Source of the DNA: Klebsormidium nitens | Lineage: Eukaryota > Plantae > Klebsormidiophyceae | DNA: 64,000 nt | Assembly (NCBI GenBank): GCA_000708835.1 | Contig: DF236974.1 | Span: forward strand, 112,626 to 176,625 | Direction of reading: 5' to 3' | Part shown: one piece after another, positions 1 through 13,782 of the stretch | Layout of the letters: every line of letters starts with the position of its first letter | Numbering within the stretch: position 1 is the first letter of the stretch | Made by a program: the position numbers and the translations under genes | The notes under the pieces: model-generated | Database searches by the model: none | Told to the model about the DNA's origin: nothing | What the model saw: only the letters and a program-made list of their open reading frames with translations

Positions 1-96
1 ACCGCCCATTTACAAGAACTTTCGTTACAGGGCCTCGATGCCTGCTACCGTACGCTGATCGACCCTGCGCTTCAACCCAGCTTCCGGGACTTCTAG
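1..96 (+). repeat. Degenerate duplicate of the acceptor and 5' part of the exon at 166, lying in the intron (decoy exon)
   Basis: cag|ggcctcgatgcctgctaccgtacgctgatcgac (28-63) aligns with cag|ggcctcgacgcatacaaccgtgcgctgttcgac (163-198), offset 135 bp. The copy reads GLDACYRTLIDPALQPSFRDF* and stops at 94-96. Confidence 0.7.
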
Positions 97-165
97 TGCC
101 TAGGTCCGTTTCCGTACTTTGATCTCGTTTTACACTCGTCCTTATTCATTCAAGCCTCCTCACAG

Positions 166-1769
166 GGCCTCGACGCATACAACCGTGCGCTGTTCGACTC
201 CGCGGTTTCCAACCTCCGCGCCTCGTTCCCCGCGCTCCCGCTCCCGCTCCCGGAGCCGCTCTCCGAGCCCGAGGACGACGAGGCGCTCGTCAACCTGCGC
301 AAGTTCGGGGCGCTGCTGACGTCAGGCTCGGCGGACGGAGCGGCGGCGGCGCCGCCGCAGAGGGTGCAGCGGGTGACCACGGTTGGGGATGACGTCATCG
401 TGAGTCCGCATATGATTCCAACCTCAGTAGATTCTGAAACACCTCTCTTGCAACCTTATGATACTAGACTTAGAGATTACTGGTTTGGTGAAGGCAGTGG
501 CTCTGACACAGCCGGCTCGGCGGGAAACGGGGTGTTGACGTTATTGCAAAATCAAAGCATCCGAACCTCAGGTAGTCCCAAGATTGGGGCAATTGGGCTC
601 CAGCTCTGCTCATTTCGGAGTCGTAAGGTCTCAGGGTTACATTCTCTAATACCGCACAAATTTGGAGCCGCGAAATCAAGAAAGTCGCTCTTGCGAAGGA
701 AGTGCTCTGAGGTGATTCTTTGGATCCGATAGCTGCGAGCATTTGGACGCATTAACCACAGAAGTCTAGGCACTTAACATGGATGGTATGGGCCCTAGTT
801 GCAGGTAAGAAAGTGGTTGCATGTCCAGTGATCAGACCTGTGATAACCAGCCGCGGAAGAAGGTAACGCCCCGGTTAATCTGTTTAATAACCTGAGATTT
901 CAGGTTTGGACGCAACCTGGTTAACAGCCAAACCGTCAACCTAGTTCGCAGCCAAACCTCCTGTGAACGACAAGATTCAGGAAGGAAAAGGAGGGAGGAC
1001 GGAGAAAGTAAACGATGCAAAAACAACGTGAAAAGACAAGCTTGACTTTCTTGGTGATGCAGGTAGCCAGTATTAGCCGCGAAGCGAGGGAGTCGGCGGT
1101 GGAGCCGGCGCGGCCGCAGGTGGGGCTGGCGGACCTCTCGAAAGCCGTCGAACAGGCGCAGGCCCTGACCAAGTACGTACCGCAGCTGACGGTCCTAGCG
1201 GAGGTGAGTACCGTTCATGGGGTCTGTTTGATACTCGAGAGTTTGAGGGAACAACCGGGATGAGTGCGATTCAAAGAAACGGAATGCATGAATGCAGGCA
1301 GACACAAGTACACGAGGGAAAGTTGGGGAGACCGAACGTAAACGAGCAGAGTAGAAAGCAGAAGGCGAAGGAAGAAGACTGGTGAGGATCTGCAAAGTGG
1401 ACGCTCGAATCGAAGAGCAGCTGAAAGACACAGGGAAAGGAAAGGTAGTGACACGAGGCGCAGCAGGCAACCAATTGGGGTGGTTTACTATTCCGAAGAA
1501 CTCATTTTCATTTTTGCGTTGCCAAATCAAAGGAGACTGGCTTTAGCTTCATCCTGGATCGACTCTGCTTTCTCTGCGAGTCCCTCCCCAGACTTTCTCT
1601 TCCTAGCTGATGGAGATCTCTTACAAACACAATTTTTGTCGCTCCGCAGCTTCCGTTGAACGCACAACAGCAAGCGGCGCTGCTGCCGATCGAGCTGGCG
1701 GGCCGGCTGGTGTCCCGGGCAGCGGCTCGGACGATACGGCAGAGGCTGACGAACCCGGGCAGACGACGA
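166..1769 (+). CDS. 3' exons of a probable ABC1 atypical kinase (ABC1K6/EYE3-like C-terminal region); 5' part lies outside the window
   Basis: Phase-0 exons 166-399, 1063-1203 and 1650-~1769 with cag/gtgag sites give GLDAYNRALFD...EDDEALVNLRKFGALLTSGS...LPIELAGRLVSRAAARTIRQRL. This resembles the remembered C-terminus of plant ABC1K6 (EDDxxLxN...; RLxSRxxARxxR). The kinase domain is not in the window and the exact 3' end is unresolved. Confidence 0.5.
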
Positions 1770-2782
1770 GTGAGCTTCCCGAGAATCTTTGTCTGCTCTC
1801 TTTCTGCCAGTATTCCTACCGATACATCTGTGGAAACCATTGCTGGCAATCAGCAAGGTTTGAAGCTCTTTGTTGATTCTAGCAAACAAGGTATCCGGGG
1901 CTGCTACGCATTCATTTTCGGATGCGGATACAAATGCTCCGGTCTCTTCAACTTCAGACAATTTCAGTGCAGACACGGCTTTCAAAATTGGCGCCTGTCA
2001 CGTCGTCATCTAATTTGGACTCAACAATGGGTGCACTCGGCGTTTTGCAGGAACTTGATGTTGGGAGACTTGATGTGGAGGTAGATACGTTTAACCGGTA
2101 ACACCCGCCTGTTGGTCCGAGGTATAAGTCGCCTTTTCAGGTGACTCAATTCTTAGAAGCTCCTTGGCAGCTAGAGATCACCCCTCCGTCGGCAGGAGCC
2201 CACTTTTGACAGCCCGGAGTTGACACAGTTGTTAATCTGTTCAATCCTGCAACTCATAGTCAATTTACTGCAATAGGCGAGAGTTTGCATTCCCGAACTG
2301 CGGCAGGCAGGCATTATCCAGAGACGGGTTGGAACGGCCCGATCTCTGGCCCAATGCAACGTTGACCTTAGAGTCACATGCATGGGCCACGCGCACTCAC
2401 ATTATAGTGAATGCTGACAGCGTGTTTTGTGATCGTTTCATGTGTTCTTGAAAGCCCAGATTTCGCATGTGCGAGACATGCGGGTCGGATGCATGTCATT
2501 TAAGACCTTGCGGCAACCACATTGAATCGATTTGGGCAAGCATCTTGGAAGGGGACGTACACATGTCATAAAGTCATCCAAGAATAATGGCAAAACCTTG
2601 GTGGCCACCATATGCGAACATAAATACCACAACCCAAACTCGATATACGCCTTGACTGCCATGATGCATTCCCGAAAACAAAGCTCGTTAGCTTCACCAT
2701 GCATTCTGATCATCGGAAGTTGCTTTGAAAACTTGCAAAGAAAAGGGCTTATGAAAAGTTTCATGTCCTTGCAACTGCCTGG

Positions 2783-5683
2783 TTACTCGGCGACCTCAAT
2801 GACACCCTTCTCGCTCACGTAGATCCCGTCCAAGAACTTTCTGATATCCTTCCTCTTCACGTGGCATTTCTGCACAACAAGACAGAAGGTTAAGGACAAT
2901 AGACATGCCGTACCGCGCACCACATAAAGGAGATCGGTCACACAGTTAAAGACCTTCGCTCCAACCCTCTGATAGCGAGAGCAATGGGTGCACTTGCACC
3001 GACCTCTGTGTCTGTGACAACGGTCATGTCACGGACACATAGAGTACCCTTTTCTCCTCTCAACCTAAGAAGCACCCTGCAAGCTTTTACTCCGTACTTT
3101 GGTGAGGTGGAGGCTTTGTCCCCTGCTGCTTGAACTCAGGAACCAGCAACCCACTACTCAACGAGACAATCTCAATTTGTCGTTCTACTGAAAGTCTGTC
3201 CTCTTTAACTGCTTGTGACCAGTTTTCTTCATGCCCCATGTACCAATGCAAGTAGTAGCTTTCCGCGAACAGTCTCCCTCGACCCCTTTGCCTCCACAGC
3301 CTTCGGCAAAGGAGCTAAGAGCAAACATAACACCCGAGACCGAAGGGTGCCTGCTAAAGCAACACATATTGACACACCTTCCAGAATAATCACACTAATG
3401 AGGCCACCTAAGACCTTCAAGAAGGACTTGTGGAGCTGAAGGAAAAAGCGTTCAAGCACAAGCGCGACTCTGATGTAAGCAACCCAAAGAAGAAAAACTG
3501 CAGTCTGACCTGGTTGATGAGCGCGCAGGACCGTGACACGAGCTCGATGTCGTTCCCCTCCAGGACAATCTCGTCCTTCACCTTCTCTGACCGGGTGATG
3601 GTCACACCGTTCAGCAGGGTCACCTTCCGCACCTGCAACGCCGCAGCAAAACTGCTCAGCCTAAAATGCTCCCCCAGTGTAGCAGTTGACACAGCTTAGC
3701 TATCAAGAAGGTACTCCGCGAGTATCTCGTCTCAAATGAGATAAGAAGGCAAACATCGGGGATATGAAACTTCTCTCCTTGGGCTAACTTGGAATCTCTC
3801 CTGCTTGGAAGGTACACTTGCACTTCTTCAAGACAAACACAAATTCAGCTTTCCAAACATCGGTCACTGCTGCTGAAAGGAGGGGAGGGGAAAGAGAAAA
3901 ATGACGCAGAGCTTCAGCCTTGGAAATTCGCCTCTTCAGGGAGAGCAATCGAAAAGTGCGTAGAACTCAGTGCTTTAGATGCAGAAAGACCAACCAGATT
4001 GCACCAAACAAACAGGAGCGCACCGTTGGGACAACACGCACCCAGCAAAGCTAGGTCTAGTACCTTTGGATGCAATCCTGCTTCTGTGGGGGCAACCAAA
4101 CATGCACAACAAATGTAGGCAGCACCCTGACAGTATGCCTAAAGAAGTCCTGTGCATCCGGCATGGCCCAGACTTTGAAGTTTCTCATACAACAAAACAG
4201 CTCAACTCGCAAATGCGGCGCTTCCCTTCCTTGTCCACACCCGCCATTTGAAATGAGAAAATTCAAACTGTGGAACTATGTGAACAACAGGCAAGCAAGA
4301 CCACATAACCCAGGAGTCCCGAAAAAGCAGAAACAGCAGCTTTGACGCAAGCGAAACCAGGATGTCCCGAACCCTCACTTTGACAATCTCTCTTTTGAAT
4401 TATGCTGAAAAGAAGAAGGGTTCCAAACAATTTCGGTTCCAAACAATTTCAATTCCAAATGGCATGACTTGTGAAGAAGGGGCAACTCCCCTTATTTTGA
4501 GCACCAGATTGTAAACACAATGGGCATCCCGGCCCGAACAAAGACACACAATACAGCCGTGCAGACGCCAAAGTACAATTTAGGGGCGAAGCCCTGAACA
4601 GGCATACCAACGGCTGTCTTCACCTTCATCAGTCTCTTTGCTGGTCTGAAAAGGTGCCTGCTAAAGCTAGCTATGCATAATAAGTGGCCTAAAACTTGCC
4701 AGGCCATAAAAAAATCCTGCGATACGTCTCCCAATGACAGAAATGGGTTATTGAGCCAAGGCTTCGCCCGGACAGAACGGCAACGTGGGACATCCACTGA
4801 TGGACACGTTTGCTGCCAACCACAGATACTATTCCAAAAACGAAGCAGAACAAGTTCTTTCCCAACTTCGCTGCAAATTTGATTCAGCCTGAGTTGCCGC
4901 CCGGCCATGCCAATAACCATTACCACCAGTATCCCCCTTGACGACAAACGGCACCATTACCAAGATGAACAGCCCCGTACGTGCAGACGGAGTGAGACAA
5001 ATGTTCACAGCTGCCCGGCAGTGAAACCTCAAGGCGCAGCCAAAATCCCTCTGGTGGGAAATCCTCCATAATGTGAGACACTCGACACGGTCTGCCCAGA
5101 TAATCTCAGCCGCTCTTTATAAATTTGTCCACGCTATAGGTGCTCGGACGGATGGTCTCCGTCCAAACTTTCTTGTCTTAAATCCGAGTCAGCGGGCTGC
5201 TCTTTCAGCATCACTCAGTAACTGACCGGTTGAGGGCCCTATGAAATCCGCTCGGAATGCACAGCCCTCCCGGTAACGGTCCAAGCAACAGCAGGCCAAG
5301 GAGCTCACCTTCTTCTCTCCCAAGAAATTCCTGATTTCAATCCCGTCCTTCTTGTCAGAGATGGCCGCGTTGATGGGGAAATGGGCGTACACAAAGCGCA
5401 TCTTGTATCTGAAACCCTTGGTAACGCCGGTGATCAGGTTCTTGACATGGCTGGTGGCAGTTCTGATCGAAGCCACGGTCTTCCTGGCCCCGAACCATGC
5501 ATCAACCTTGAGCTGCTTGCCCCCCTCCTCTCCATCTACAATTTGAAAGTCTAGCTTCAGATGCCCAAAGTCCCTGGTGAGCGTGCCCCTCGGCCCGGTC
5601 ACGCGGACCTTCTTGGCGTTCAGCTCAAACTTGATCCCCTCCGGGATGTCGATCGACGTCGACTGCAGCACGTTCTTCACCAT
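2783..5683 (-). CDS. RPL9: 60S ribosomal protein L9 (uL6), 194 aa, 3 exons
   Basis: Exons 5683-5309, 3632-3510, 2869-2783, all phase 0 with GT-AG. Motifs [61 protein letters not shown]. Confidence 0.97.
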
Positions 5684-6248
5684 GGCTGCGGCCCCCTGCG
5701 GCTGCGGCTGCCGCCCCCTTGTAACTAGGGTGTTCAAGGAAAGAGGAAGAAGGCGGCGCCGCGGAAGAGCTTCTTCCCTGCCCACGAAAGCTTTCGGCGC
5801 AGCTTGTCGAAGTGATTCACCGGGCTTCGCCACAGGAACAACTTCGACGACAGCGTCGAACGGACAAAGCCAAGCAAAGTGTAAATGTACACCGGAATTC
5901 CCCTGTAATATAAGGATGGGCTTGCAAGGGCGTCTCTCTTCTGATTTGAGCATCTTTGTCCGCCGTCCACATCTCATCCAACGGCGCACATTCGTTTTTC
6001 CTCGTAACAGTTAACAAAAGGGAAGGGCCGTAATCTCGATGGGAGGGAGGCGCCCCAGGTCTTCATATTTAGTGTGAATGCGCCGCCGGCATTTGGCTGA
6101 GGGAGAAATGCTGGCGCATTGCGATTTGCAGTACGTAGAGAAGCCTTTTGTGAAAAGCAGAAAAGGTACGTGTTGGCGGCGCTCGCATTGGCATTGTAAA
6201 ATTTGCTGAGAGGAGCTTCGACATCTTTTGCTGCCAAGGGGAGCGAAG

Positions 6249-9200
6249 ATGGCGCAGTGCGCGCTCGCAGCTTCCCGGGCGCTCTCTTCCGGCATTGCCC
6301 TTCGCAGCAGTGCCCCCGCTTCACACCGAAATGCCTCTCCTTTCTTTGCCCACTCGCCCTGTATAGCTGAGGACTTTGTCGGCTTTCACAAGCATCTTGC
6401 TGCATTTGCACAACGAAAGGAAGCCCGGGCGGTTTGTGAGAGGAGCTTGAGTGCTCGTCCCTTGAGACAAAGGCAACGAGGGGGCGCTTTGGCCGCAGCA
6501 GCCTCTGCAGAGAATGGGGCCAAGTATGACTATGATCTGGTCATTATTGGTGCCGGTGTGGGGGGCCACGGTGCTGCCCTTCACGCCGTTGAAAAGGTGA
6601 GGGATGCATCAGGCCACAATGCGCGTGACACATTGAAGGACACCTGCCTTCAGCAGCAACAGTCCTTAGTGTCCTGGGATTACAAAAGGACAAAAGGTTT
6701 ATGACTAGGTTGGGCAAAGCTCCCAGGAACTAATGCCATTTTGTTGGTGAATGTAGGCGTGATGACCCTTCCAGTACCAGACCGTTGGTTCGTCAAGCGG
6801 TTGAGCACTGTATGCTAGAACCATCAGTCACCACTACCTACACGAGGATTTGGAACCTACAATAGGTCTAGGTCATTTCAGACATCTGCTCTCACCAGTG
6901 AAATGCCCTTGTAATGCTTGTAATCACCATGAGCCGTACTTGCAGGGGCTAAGGACTGCGATTGTGGAGGGCGATGTGGTTGGCGGAACCTGTGTAAACA
7001 GGGGCTGCGTGCCATCAAAGGCGCTTCTAGCGGTCAGCGGAAGGATGCGGGAGATGAAGGATGCACACCACCTTAAGGCCCTTGGCATCCAGGTGAGACG
7101 AGGTTCTTTGAGCAGACCTTTGAGAAATTTCAAACCTTTTAAGACTTTGAGGAATGCACAAGATCTCAGGGCATGTGCACCTGGGGAGAACGAAACGGTT
7201 TATCAGTTATGCAGTGTGCGCTGTTTGACTGCTCAGTCTCCCTTGGCAACAGAAAATGGCTCAGAACAGTCGTCCTATGACCGCCTTGCAGGTGTAATGT
7301 ACCTGTGTTTTGAGCAACACCGGCTGGTACTTGCAGCCAGATTGCCAGCTTTTGCAAGATGTCCAGAAGTTCAAAAAGCAGCCGTTTTTTGATGGTTTGT
7401 GCTCACCACAATTTGTACCACCCTTCCTCAGCTTTAGACTGGAGATACAACGTAGAAGCAAACCAGAATGAAAGATTCTCGACGCTTGTTTTACCTTTCA
7501 AACCTTTGAGTACCCTGACAGCCTATACTGTAAAGTGAAAACGGGCCAAGATGGGAGAAGCATGTAGACTGACTTGCCCAGCCTTGATCATAGCCTTGCA
7601 TAAAGTTGGTATGCGATGTCGAAGTTCAAGAGCACGGATTGTAAGGTGAAAACAGTGCAGCGAAACTGGTCACAGGTGGAGTGCTCACAGGTCAGGATGT
7701 ACAGTAAGGGCCCTTTGTCCCTTCAAACCGACACACGTCTCCACAGAACCTTGCACCTGACGGATCTATGAATCAGGTTGGTCCATGCTTTCATCTTTTT
7801 CTTAGCTTGGATTCATCAGCCTGCCAACCATCTCAACCTTCTCTTTTCGCTGCAGGTTGACAACGCCACCTACGACAGAGCTGCAGTAGCGGAGCATGCA
7901 AATGGCCTGGCCACCAAGATTCGGAGCAACCTGACCAACTCCCTAACGGGACTTGGGGTGGAGATCCTGGAAGGGAATGCCACCATCCTGGTCAGAACCT
8001 TATCTGGCTCCATCATATGCAAGGCCATGGAGGATACAATTGTATGAAAGAGTGTTCCGAAACTTTTGATGACCATATTATCACCTCGTCTTTGTAACCT
8101 CCTAGCTTAGCTTGATAAAAGGAACGGGCATTCTGATGGTCAATGCGGCCTGAATAGGCAGGCTTGGCCTTGTTTCGGAATTGACAATTGAGAAGTGATT
8201 GGATTGTTGTTTATTGGCTGCTGCAGGCGCCCGGAAAGATTCAGTATGGAAAAGAGAACCAGCGGTTCCAAACGGTGACGGCCAAGAACATCATCATCGC
8301 CACTGGCTCCATCCCCTTCGTGCCGCCAGGCATCGAGGTTGACGGTGTGTTTTTCTACCCTGCCGTTCCTCTCATATGTTCTCGAAATTTGCGGATGCTG
8401 TCGCTGCTTGCCCTGAGGGAGCTTTCGAGGGCCGATGCTGAGGGGAAAGTTGCTTCTGGTGCCACGGCCTTGGGCCTTTAATGTGCTTCCTGTGACAGTT
8501 ATGTTGGACCTATTTGGGGTAGACCATCTGTTCCAGTAGAAGTGACCTGTGAAGCCCCAGTTGGTATCAAAGCAAGCAGAATTCATCGAATGCAAAATTT
8601 AACGAGCACACCTTTCTCTGAAAGAGACAAGGACTTCAAAAGGTGTCTGTCTATCACGCCAGGCCCTGGTCCGTCGGACCATTGCCGACGCCTCGCCTGA
8701 TCGATGTTTGCTTGCAGGCAAGACTGTGTTCACCAGTGACCATGCGCTGAAGCTGGAGTGGATCCCCGACTGGATTGCCATCGTCGGCAGCGGCTACATC
8801 GGACTAGAGTTCAGCGATGTGTACACAGCCCTAGGCAGTGACGTAAGTGCACGGGAGCCTCGTTTCTCGAATGAATCATGCATGCTGTGCTGTCCTGACT
8901 AACTGTGGTACTTGTTGCATCCAGGGGCCTAGGCCTATGACATGGTCTAACCTGCAGTGAAACGCAGGTCATGTTGCTTCGAAGGATATCTACTCGTTCC
9001 AAAAGAAAGAGTCATTGCTTTCTCAGTCTACAGGCCTGGGAAGGACCATGATCATGATAAGGCCGCCTTTGGTCTCACTTCTTTGTCAGATCGTCACTTT
9101 TCTTGGCAGCTACAGAAGCACATCTGACCTCTGAATCGTTTCTCAACGGGAAGGTTCAGCAAGGAGACGGGTTTGGCAGCAACTTTTGCTCTTTTGAAGT

Positions 9201-12200
9201 GGCTCACTTGTTTACTTGAGTGTCGCATATGATTTCTCTTTCTCAGGTCACGTTCATTGAGGCCCTCGACGGGCTGATGCCCGGGTTTGATCCCGAGATT
9301 GGCAAGATGGCCCAGCGGCTACTCATCCAGCCCAGGAACATCGACTACCACACTGGGGTTCTGGCGAAAAAGGTAAGCACGGCAGCAGAGCGCAGGGGAC
9401 CCATACCGAGAGGGTGTCATCGTCCCGCCTTCACTTGTTTGCCCGGTACTGAGTGTGATACGAGTTCGCAGTTCAGGCTCCTGACGATATTACGCAGAAT
9501 TCCTTTTGCTGCAGGATGACCTTCGAGATCTGCTGTTCATCGTTTCGAGGTCCTGCCAGAGCAGCGATCAAAAATGGTAGAACGCGAATGGTAGAGTGCG
9601 TCACCAGGGGCTTGATCCGAAGCTATGAATGATTTCACTTATTGAGATTCAGCACCGTGGATTGATACACAAAAATGCAAGGTTCGAGCCAGGCTTTTCC
9701 TACTCAAGTTGCGTCTTTTTTGCAGATCACCCCCGCCAAGGACGGGAAGCCAGTGACCATCGAGCTCGTGGACACCAAGACACGCGAGCACAAGGAAACA
9801 ATAGAGGTGAATGAGCACCTCCTTCCGCAGCACCGCTCGCTTCTGTCTCGACGCCTGATAATGAGGACTAAAGATGAGGCTTTGAACTGTCTCGAAGCTT
9901 CAGGTGAAGGCGAAGATTCGTATCCATTTCTCTGAACTATGTTGATGTTCAGATTCTAAGCCGACGAGTCGGTTTTATCCCCAGACTATTTAAGCGTAGA
10001 CGGCTCATGTGTACTTTTCTGCTAACGTTGCCACTGTTGTCTTCTCAGGTTGATGCCGCGCTTATTGCCACCGGCAGGGCTCCCTTCACCAAGGGGCTTG
10101 GACTAGAAAAGGTGAGAGGCGAATCCATTTGTGAGTTCCATACATAAAGCTCAGGTGTGTAGCCTGACGAATCGTCCGGGGCTCCTTTGACCGCGACGCG
10201 CATTCACCTTTCAATGCAATTGATCGGAGCAGTCCTTTGGATTTCCGCTCGTTGATTCAAGACGATTTGGACATGTTGAAACGCTTCTCGTCTTGAGAGG
10301 AAGCTCACTGTTCGAGATCGCACTCTTCTGGAAGAGGCTACTGATCTGGACGAGACCCTCCTGTGGCAGTACTCCTCCTGATAAGTCCACCACATTAGTG
10401 TGTCCGCACACGAGCAGGGTGACAATTTTCTTTCCTTTCGAAAGGTGGCCACCTTCGTAAATGAACCGTCCCCCGCCACAGCCTTGCGTGCGTCCTGAGC
10501 TGGCAGCCCTCGTTTGCAGGTTGGTGTGGAGTTGCAGAGGGGCTACGTCCCAGTGGACGAGAGGATGCGCGTTCTTGACAAGGACCAGAATGTGGTAAGC
10601 ATCGTAACCTCTCCCAACTACTTTCACACCTCTTTTCCCCTCACAGACGTTCTTGAGCGGGTTGTCGTGGCACTGCTCAAGTCAACAATTAACACCATGT
10701 GGTGCCGGCCTCGAGCCTTTGCTGTGAAGAGGAATTCAGTCCTATCAATGAGTTGGGGCGCGAGTTATGGCTGGGACAGTTCCAGAAAGCAGATGCATTT
10801 TCGTGTGCAGATCCCCGGGCTCTACTGCATTGGGGATGCCAACGGGAAGATGATGCTCGCGCATGCCGCCAGCGCCCAGGGCATCTCTGGTAGGCCTCAG
10901 ATTTGCTCTTTGTCACTACCATAAACGCTCACGTTGTCGGCTGGAAACGTCGTACCGAAAGGCTCAGCGTTTGGAAACGAACAAGCGGCTGTCCTCTCAC
11001 TATATCGTAGGGATGGGGCAGGAACGAAGTCTGCGGTCTGATTGTGGTCCAAGCTGCAAATGCACCCTGTTGTAAACGCGAAAAGAATGCTGGCTCATCT
11101 TGAGGTTGTTGCTTGCAGCCGTTGAGAACATTGCGGGCAACGACAACGTGCTGAACCACCTCAGTGTCCCTGCCGCTTGCTTCACGCATCCAGAGATCAG
11201 CTTTGCGGGTCTGACCGAGGTAACTTTCTCGCAAGTCCTCCGACAGTTCAAAGCGATGCAGCCTCGATGGTCAAATCCGAAGCTGCTTGCCTGTATAAAC
11301 ACCATTAGCTTCTTAAGCTAAGTCAGGACAGAGTAGAATGTTGACAAGTTTTGGGAATCTTTGTTGAGGGGCCATGAAGACCCCCGTTTCGCAGTGACAC
11401 TTTGGCTGCAAACTGCATATCCTCTTCGCTACGAAAACAGCCGAACTTTAGCCGGCTGTTCGCACCGCATCGAAATCTAGGAGAAGAAATCGCGTCCGCT
11501 TCGTATGTCTGACCTCCTGGGTACGCATCAGGCGCCTCTGGAAGAAAGGTATTCGTAATTAATGAAAATCCTTGTAGTTAAGAGCGACACGACGTGGGGT
11601 CCATTGAACAACGGTGGGCTTAGATTCCTCGACCGTTGTTCTAATTCTGTCGTGAACCTTGTTGCGTGCAGCCCCAGGTGCAGAAGAAGGCTGAGGAGGA
11701 GGGCTTCGAGTACAAGGTGGCCAAGACGAGCTTCAAGGCCAACTCAAAGGCGCTCGCAGAGAACGAGGGCGACGGCATGGCCAAGGTGAGGAGCCGATCT
11801 GGTGTCTTCCGCTCATTCCGCCGGAATGTTTCAAAAGGCGACCGGAGGTTTGTGCCGAGAGTTTGTGACGGGCAACAGACCCGACATCCGTACTCCCCTG
11901 CAGGGAAGGCGAGTGTCGTCTTCCTACTTGGGGAGTCCGTGGCTGTGGCCGAGGTCGGACCCGAAACCGGGAAATAGACGCCAAATGCAATGGAACGTGG
12001 CCTGAAACGAGGGCAAGGCTGCTTGTGTCGCCGTGTAACGAATCCCAGGATGCGATGGCTTTTCGCGAAGGTGTTCGTCGCTCGTCTTTTGCCTCAAAGG
12101 TGCTGACGTGGCACGTCTTTGGTGCAGGTCATCTACCGGAAGGACACGGGCGAAATCTTGGGAGTCCACATCATCGTAAGCAAACCCTTCTTACCCATCC

Positions 12201-13782
12201 GCTGCATTTCTCATTTCCTGCCAGGTGCTTCCCAAGCATTGTTCGGACGGGTGTCTCAACATTCTTGAGGCAACGGAGTAAAGAGAGCGAGGTTTGACTA
12301 AAAGATCGCAGCGCAGATTCGATAGGCTGCATCGAACAGACGGCTTCTGGATTGCCGACATCGTGCGCTTATCACTCCGCGTTCCTTCTGTGCTTCCTGC
12401 TTGCGTGTATATTATTCGGCTCAAAAACGGAACGACTTACTGTGCAAAGCGCTGAGTTTATCACTGCAAGTGTGCTACCATGAGCTCATTTACTCGGGCG
12501 GTAAGATCTGCGTATAGCATTCTGCCAACCATGTTCCTGCGCCTGCTCGTGTGTCATTTGTTTTCACCCATCGTCGAGGTGCAGAAGAAGTCCTTACTTC
12601 ATAAGTAATGCTGTGCAGGGCCTGCATGCTGCGGACCTTATCCACGAAGCATCCAACGCCATTGCGACGGGGCTGACTGTCCAGGTAAGTATAGATTTCT
12701 GTGGCCGATTGTCGTTCCCGCAGTCAAGGGTTTGCGTGCTCATCCTAATGCTAGTGCGACGAGCAGATTCAACACGTACTTGATTCATTCCACTTCAAGG
12801 CGGGGGTTGGGCAGTGCGCAATGTTTGCGGCCAGTTCGAGACAGACATGATTAAAATGGGAGAGGAAGATTGAGCAAGCTCGACGGCGCACGCTGTCTGT
12901 GGGAGTCACTCTTCAGTCTAGTAGCAAGCTTCAGGAATAAGATTCTTTTAACCAATGTGGAAACGTTGTTGAGGTTACCTGCTCTGCACCCGCACCCACC
13001 CTAATCTCTTGACTGAACCCACCAGTCCCAGGCCGGCGTTCACTATCCTAAGTTGAAGTCTCATCTTTTGCAGGACCTCAAATTTGCGGTGCACGCGCAT
13101 CCCACGCTCTCCGAGGTCCTGGACGAGCTCTTCAAGTCTGCCCACGTCGAGCAGGTGAGCGGAGCCATCCGTATTTCCCTAAATTCCTATGGTTCACCGC
13201 TGTCGTTCTGAGGCATTTCCGATCTTGGATAGTTGGGTCGACGGTGGGACTTGGGACTCAAAAAGTGAAGGCTTTTTGAGGTGGGGAGTGCAGGGTTGAA
13301 GTGTTCAGTCTGAGGGACAGCGGAGGAGCCGGCTGTTCCAGTGCGGGGTGCGGTGCTGACCGGGACGTCCTCTTTGGGGCAGGTCGCACCCCCACTGGAA
13401 CAGCCGGACGCTGCCCCAAGTGGCCAGTCCCCACTCAAGTCCATTGACAATTCAGATAACGATCCGCCAAGGAAGGAGCCGGTGTCAATTGCCGCCGAAT
13501 CGATCCCTTACGGAAAAATAAGTCCGAGCGAAGTCGAGGAATCGACTGCTTCTAATGAAGCTGACGCCCAAGAAGACGAGGCGGGGGTGTCGGGATTGGA
13601 GGCGCAAGCATGTCTAGAACAGATGGAAGAGACCCTTGCAGTTGGAAATGAGGGCCATGCTGAATTGGAAGGGCATGCGTTGTCCCTGCACACGCAGGTG
13701 AATGATGCGTTTATAACAAGATTGGACTCTCTTTTCACAGGCTGAGCCGGTCATTGCCAAGGCGGAGCCCGTGACCGTCTAG
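6249..13782 (+). CDS. LPD: Plastid dihydrolipoamide dehydrogenase (E3 of plastid PDH), ~582 aa, 16 exons
   Basis: Exons 6249-6596, 6946-7092, 7856-7990, 8227-8344, 8718-8842, 9247-9372, 9726-9806, 10049-10111, 10520-10594, 10811-10889, 11119-11219, 11672-11785, 12128-12175, 12619-12684, 13074-13154, 13741-13782; phases are consistent. A/S/R-rich transit peptide, FAD motif GAGVGG, redox disulfide [16 protein letters not shown] motif [14 protein letters not shown]. The last exon is the least certain. Confidence 0.95.

Noticed and set aside
3633-5308. snoRNAs in RPL9 introns; 151-aa ORF 4492-4947
   Set aside because: Only an isolated TGATGA (~4626-4631) with no D box at the right distance. The ORF has no recognisable motif and lies within an intron.
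5189-5989. 266-aa ORF as a longer RPL9
   Set aside because: Read-through of 5' leader and intron; the real CDS starts at 5683 and splices at 5309.
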